Source: Lama guanicoe (Eukaryota). Taken from it: 64,000 nucleotides of DNA. Location of the stretch: assembly GCA_013239625.1 (NCBI GenBank), contig MU053216.1, positions 1,514,943-1,578,942 on the forward strand, in the 5' to 3' direction. The translations under genes were made by a program, and so were the position numbers. The notes below the pieces were generated by a model. It was not told the origin of the DNA. It searched no databases and saw only the letters and a list, made by a program, of their open reading frames with translations. Below are positions 63,145 to 64,000 of the stretch, in pieces. How positions within the stretch are numbered: the stretch's first letter is position 1; each line of letters begins with the position of its first letter.

Positions 63145-63232
63145 GATGATGGGGTTTAGTGAAGAACCAGGAATCATTCCAAGATTTTGTGAAGACCTTT
63201 TTGCTCAAGTGGCCAAAAAACAAACCCAAGAG
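63145..63232 (+). CDS. KIF14: KIF14 coding exon 3 (gene continues beyond window)
   Basis: ttccag|G ATG ATG; MMGFSEEPGIIPRFCEDLFAQVAKKQTQE; donor GAG|gtatgt; 88 nt. Confidence 0.95.
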
Positions 63233-64000
63233 GTATGTTCTCACCGTATCTGCAGACCTTCCTATCAGAATAGAAAAGTCAAGTTAGAACCAGAGTCATG
63301 GCCACTAAGGAAACACTCAGCAGGAGGTGCTCTGACTTCTGGGTCGTCTCCGTGGGACAGTGGTCTGGAGACGGGGACCAGTTCAGAATCAGTCCTCCTG
63401 GTGACAGAGTTGGAAGGTGGTCTTTGCCGCTCCTCCAGCTCCACCTGGTTTATCACCTGGTGGCCGTGCAGGGCTCAGAGTGCGCCCAGGCCTTTAGATG
63501 GGCGGGCGGGTGTGCAGACCCCTCAGGACAGCAGGGTCAGCGTGGGATGGCGGTGCGGCGGGGAGAGGAGCTGCAGCCTGAACCCGGACTCAGGGTCCCC
63601 ACCGAGCGAGCAGGCTTCCCTGCATCTGTGTCCCGAGCAGCCCACTTGGTCCTTCACGCGCTCAGCAGGTGTTTACTGAGCCTGCTGTGGGCCAGGCGGC
63701 CTGTTGGACCAGCCTCCCCCAGTTTGCTTGAGCCTCAGAGTCACCAGGAATGTGTAGGGGCAGGTGTCTGCGTGTATGTACACTTGCTAAGAATCTGGAG
63801 ATCCTGATTCAGTCAGTTTGGGGGATAGCCTGGGAATTTATAAATTCCATACCTCTCCTCTGGTAATTCTTGTGATAAGAGAAACTGGGGAAATACAGGA
63901 GCGTGGAGTCAGAAGGCCCAGACCCTGTAGTTAGGAGAGTGATGGAGAAACGGCCAGTACACAGCCAAGTGCAAGGAGGAGCCACTGAATCAAGTCCGGT

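Noticed and set aside
63233..63679. Extension of the KIF14 ORF to 177 aa
   Set aside because: Read-through past the consensus donor at 63233; kinesin similarity stops there.

Overview
Mammalian genomic DNA, most likely a camelid (alpaca/llama/camel), judged from about 13 copies of a tRNA-Ala-derived SINE resembling the camelid Vic-1 family. It contains the complete DDX59 gene (+ strand; CpG-island promoter about 26.2-27.3 kb; 7 coding exons 28079-40109; 626 aa zf-HIT plus DEAD-box helicase) and the 5' part of KIF14 (+ strand; CCAAT/CHR cell-cycle promoter about 56.25 kb; first three coding exons 59562-63232, continuing past the window). The rest is intron or intergenic DNA rich in L1, L2, MIR, LTR and DNA-transposon relics. 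I found no convincing new gene and no CRISPR or other prokaryote-type system. The most interesting signals are: (i) sharp, patchy AT-to-GC enrichment in individual exons, a young SINE and old L1s, consistent with local GC-biased gene conversion; (ii) a hexamer-repeat-encoded polyalanine tract in DDX59; (iii) motif-multiplying tandem repeats (CCAAT/octamer array in an LTR-like element, a 33-bp CRE repeat at the DDX59 promoter, a 16-mer in the KIF14 island); (iv) a roughly 100-bp candidate mRNA 3'-end retrocopy; (v) an L1 5'UTR/ORF1 remnant with a minisatellite just after the DDX59 poly(A) signals. Repeat family names and human-orthologue comparisons are from memory, not from searches.
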